Below, in pieces: positions 61,268-64,000 of a stretch of DNA of 64,000 nt. Source of the stretch: Xylographa opegraphella (taxonomy: Eukaryota); assembly GCA_022813865.1 (NCBI GenBank), contig JALDZX010000001.1, positions 310,001 through 374,000 on the forward strand, written 5' to 3'. Position 1 is the first letter of the stretch; every line of letters begins with the position of its first letter. The position numbers and the translations under genes are program-made. The notes below the pieces were generated by a model, which saw only the letters and a program-made list of their open reading frames with translations, was not told where the DNA came from and made no database searches.

Positions 61268-63398
61268 ATGGCTCCCAGTTCGGTGCCCACCCAACAGGCC
61301 TATGCCAAGGACGAACGCGTCCTATGCTTTCACCATGAGCTGCTGTACGAGGCCAAGGTGCTAGACTTCAAGTTGTCTGATCCCAGTGATAAGAAGAGCC
61401 AGATGCTCTATAGAGTACATTACAAAGGCTGGAAAAATACGTAAGTGCGATACTTTCATAAGCTCAACGCTGCTACTGCTTCGCCTACTGTCTTGGCGGC
61501 TCTCCGTTTCAATGCGTAGAGTTATGACGGCGGCGTAACTCTGCTACGGAGACATGCGTGTTCCCTGGTCGACATTCACCTCACTTGCACCTGTACACCC
61601 ATTAAGAGCACACCGTTGACGTGCCGCCAACCACCGCTGTGTGATCATATTTGTCTCCTGGTCACGGTGACGATATTCCCCCAAAGCCCTCATCTTATCT
61701 TCACCTAACCGTTGTTCCACATTTGTTTATATTACTTCACAAAACCCTCCTCGTAATCGGAAAATCGAAAATGCCTTCATCACGCCAAAGGCTAATCTTG
61801 AACCCACCACGCGTTAGATGGGACGACTGGGTCAACGGCGATCGTGTCCGCAAGCTCACAGACGAAAATAAAGAGCTTGCTCAGAATCTGAAGAAGGACC
61901 TCGACGCGTTGCGGAAGCCGGTTCCTCAAAAGAGCGCCCACTCAAAGAAGAAAAACGCAGGGTCAGACCTGAGTTCCAATCGGGGCAGTGAGGAGCGGCA
62001 GTCTTCCGCACCTGCTACAGGACGAGGGCAGAAACGTGGGAGAGATAACGAAATCGAAAAGGTTGGTAGCCTCAACTTTTCTTCATTGACTTCATCCCCT
62101 TTGTCAGAAATATCCTCCAGTGATGGTTCAACCTTCTCTCTTGAGCCAAATGAGGCACCAACATCCACTGCACTCCCCAACACTCACCCCTCTGGCACAA
62201 CGTCGCGTCCCCACTATCAAAACATAGGTAAATATCAAACCCGCAGTCGATGGATTCCAGGGATTTCCGACCTGTCCAAAACTGCAGAAGACATGTATCC
62301 CGGGAAATACGAGTATGAGAAAACAAATCGCGAGATTGAAATTCACGACAACGGACGGATCACTACCATGCCCAAGGATCTCAGTTTTCGCGAAATTGAC
62401 TACCCCGAACGGAAAGTCCACAAGCGTGTGGTGCACCCAGCATTGAAACGATCCGCGTACAACGCAGCCAAATCGGAGTTCTTCATGTGCCAAGATCCAA
62501 AGCTCAGACTCATGATTGCTGGTGTCCCGCCGGAAGATCCTCTCCATCCTTTGCATTACTTGGATATCTCGGACCCTTCCGGCTCCTTGGACGTTACCGC
62601 GGCTCATCTTTCCTTACCGTCACCTCCTAACGAAACAGAAGAGAACACGGATGAAACTTCAGTTGGCCATGATACTCAAGATGCTCAAGATTCTAACGAT
62701 ACTACCTTCCAGGAAGAGTCATTTTATTCCCGCCCACATATTCGGATCCCATGTCCAGACAATCTGAAATCGCTCCTCGTCGACGACTGGGAGAACGTCA
62801 CGAAGAACCTTCTCCTCGTCCCTTTGCCCTCGAAGACCCCGGTCACTCTCATCCTCGACACCTACTTCGATGAAGAGAAAGGTAAGAGACGTCTTGGCTC
62901 CGCAGAGGCCGATTTGCTTGAAGAGGTGGTTGCAGGCGTGAAGGAGTATTTCGACAAGTGCTTGGGGCGGATACTACTCTACAGGTTTGAGCGAGAGCAG
63001 TTCTTCGAGGTCAGGAGTCTCTGGGAGAGCGCCGTGGGCGGAGAATGGGAAGGCAAAGGGCCCGGCGATGTCTACGGCGCAGAGCATCTGGCTAGATTGT
63101 TTGGTAAGTCGCCTCACCTTTGCTTGCACCTGCACCACCGTCCTATCCTCTCCGCACGCCCTTCACCCTCGACAAGTCCTGCCCAACACTACAACACGTA
63201 TCAGCTAATCTCCACCGGCCTCCAGTCTCCATGCCCGAGCTCATCGCCCAAACCAACATGGACCACCAAGCCGTCAACCGCCTGCGCGAAGAACTGGCCA
63301 AGCTGACGCAGTGGCTGGGCAAGAACGCGAGCAAGTACTTCACCGCCGAGTACGAGTCCGCCACGCAGGAGTACATCGAGAAGGCGAGGGGCGTCTAG
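61268..63398 (+). CDS. EAF3: Chromodomain/MRG protein Eaf3 (NuA4/Rpd3S), introns 61441-61817, 62062-62712 and about 63104-63224
   Basis: ERVLCFHHELLYEAKV, YRVHYKGWKNT|WDDWV and MRG motifs LLVDDWENVTKN, LGRILLYRFEREQ, YGAEHLARLF|VSMPELIAQTNMD. Confidence 0.95.
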
Positions 63399-63799
63399 GC
63401 CCCGTTCTGCTCCGCAACCTTCCTATTCCTGCTTGACAGACGTGGCTCGAAATCAGGAACAGGCATCCCGAAAGACTTTGGATCGTGGGTTGCGAGTGGA
63501 GCTGTTATGAAGGAGGGGGAGGCATAACGTGGAAATAATATTGTTATACATTCCTCCACTCAGATCGTGGATCCGTGATTCACTTGACAGACGCATCGAG
63601 ATGTCGCATAGCAACAGTTAGACTAGTATATCTAGGTGTACCCTCGCTCGAAGCGACTTGGTTACAGGATCATAATACGCACGGTTCTACACATGGCCCT
63701 ACCCAGAAACCTACCACCGTGAAACAATTGTATACTCAGTCTAGACCCGCACGTACAACCCACCCGCCGAAACCCCCTCCTCTCCACAACCCCGCGCCT

Positions 63800-64000
63800 T
63801 CACAACCCCCTCACCCAAGCCCTCACATCTTCGACCGCCACCCGCCCCGCCCTCTTAACCCACCCCCTCTCGTCCCCCTCCCGAAACGCCACCCAGCTCT
63901 CCAAGCCCATGCCCTCCCCACCAGGCAACACCAACCCCTCATACCCCCCTCGAATGACCCTACTCACCTCCCTCGGGCTCAAATCCTTACCCACGCGACC
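63800..64000 (-). CDS. 3' end of a gene running off the window; product not assigned
   Basis: Open frame ending ...LESWVAFREGDERGWVKRAGRVAVEDVRAWVRGL*, with strong codon bias. Confidence 0.6.
   Translation of the reverse strand, partial: GRVGKDLSPREVSRVIRGGYEGLVLPGGEGMGLESWVAFREGDERGWVKRAGRVAVEDVRAWVRGL

Noticed and set aside
61441..61817. Intronic snoRNA in the long EAF3 intron 1
   Set aside because: No convincing C/D or H/ACA box arrangement found by eye.

Overview
Gene-dense nuclear DNA from a filamentous ascomycete (Pezizomycotina), judged from short GT-AG introns with CTRAC branch sites and the gene repertoire. The narrower lineage cannot be fixed from sequence alone. About 30 protein-coding loci are supportable, mostly housekeeping: SEC6, MRPL33, DPL1, homocitrate synthase, YPD1, mitochondrial AAT, MNN11-like, SNU66/SART-1, MRPL24, PTH2, a sucrose/alpha-glucoside transporter, VTI1, cytochrome c, PRM1, an Stc1-domain gene, an IME2-family kinase and EAF3. 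I found no transposon, tRNA, rRNA or secondary-metabolite backbone gene. The most notable signals lie outside the ORF track: (1) a ~430-nt densely base-paired, GNRA-loop-bearing RNA-like element between YPD1 and AAT (15491-15925) that I cannot assign to a family; (2) a snR30/U17-type H/ACA snoRNA on the minus strand, divergent from SNU66 (about 20009-20290); (3) a 651-nt EAF3 intron that is a stop-free in-frame 217-codon ORF; (4) a secreted three-repeat precursor with Kex2-like RR sites and cationic tails; (5) a single in-frame TGA in a 2H-phosphoesterase gene; (6) a 3-nt microexon in AAT. Family assignments come from recognised motifs, not database searches, and exon boundaries were read by eye.
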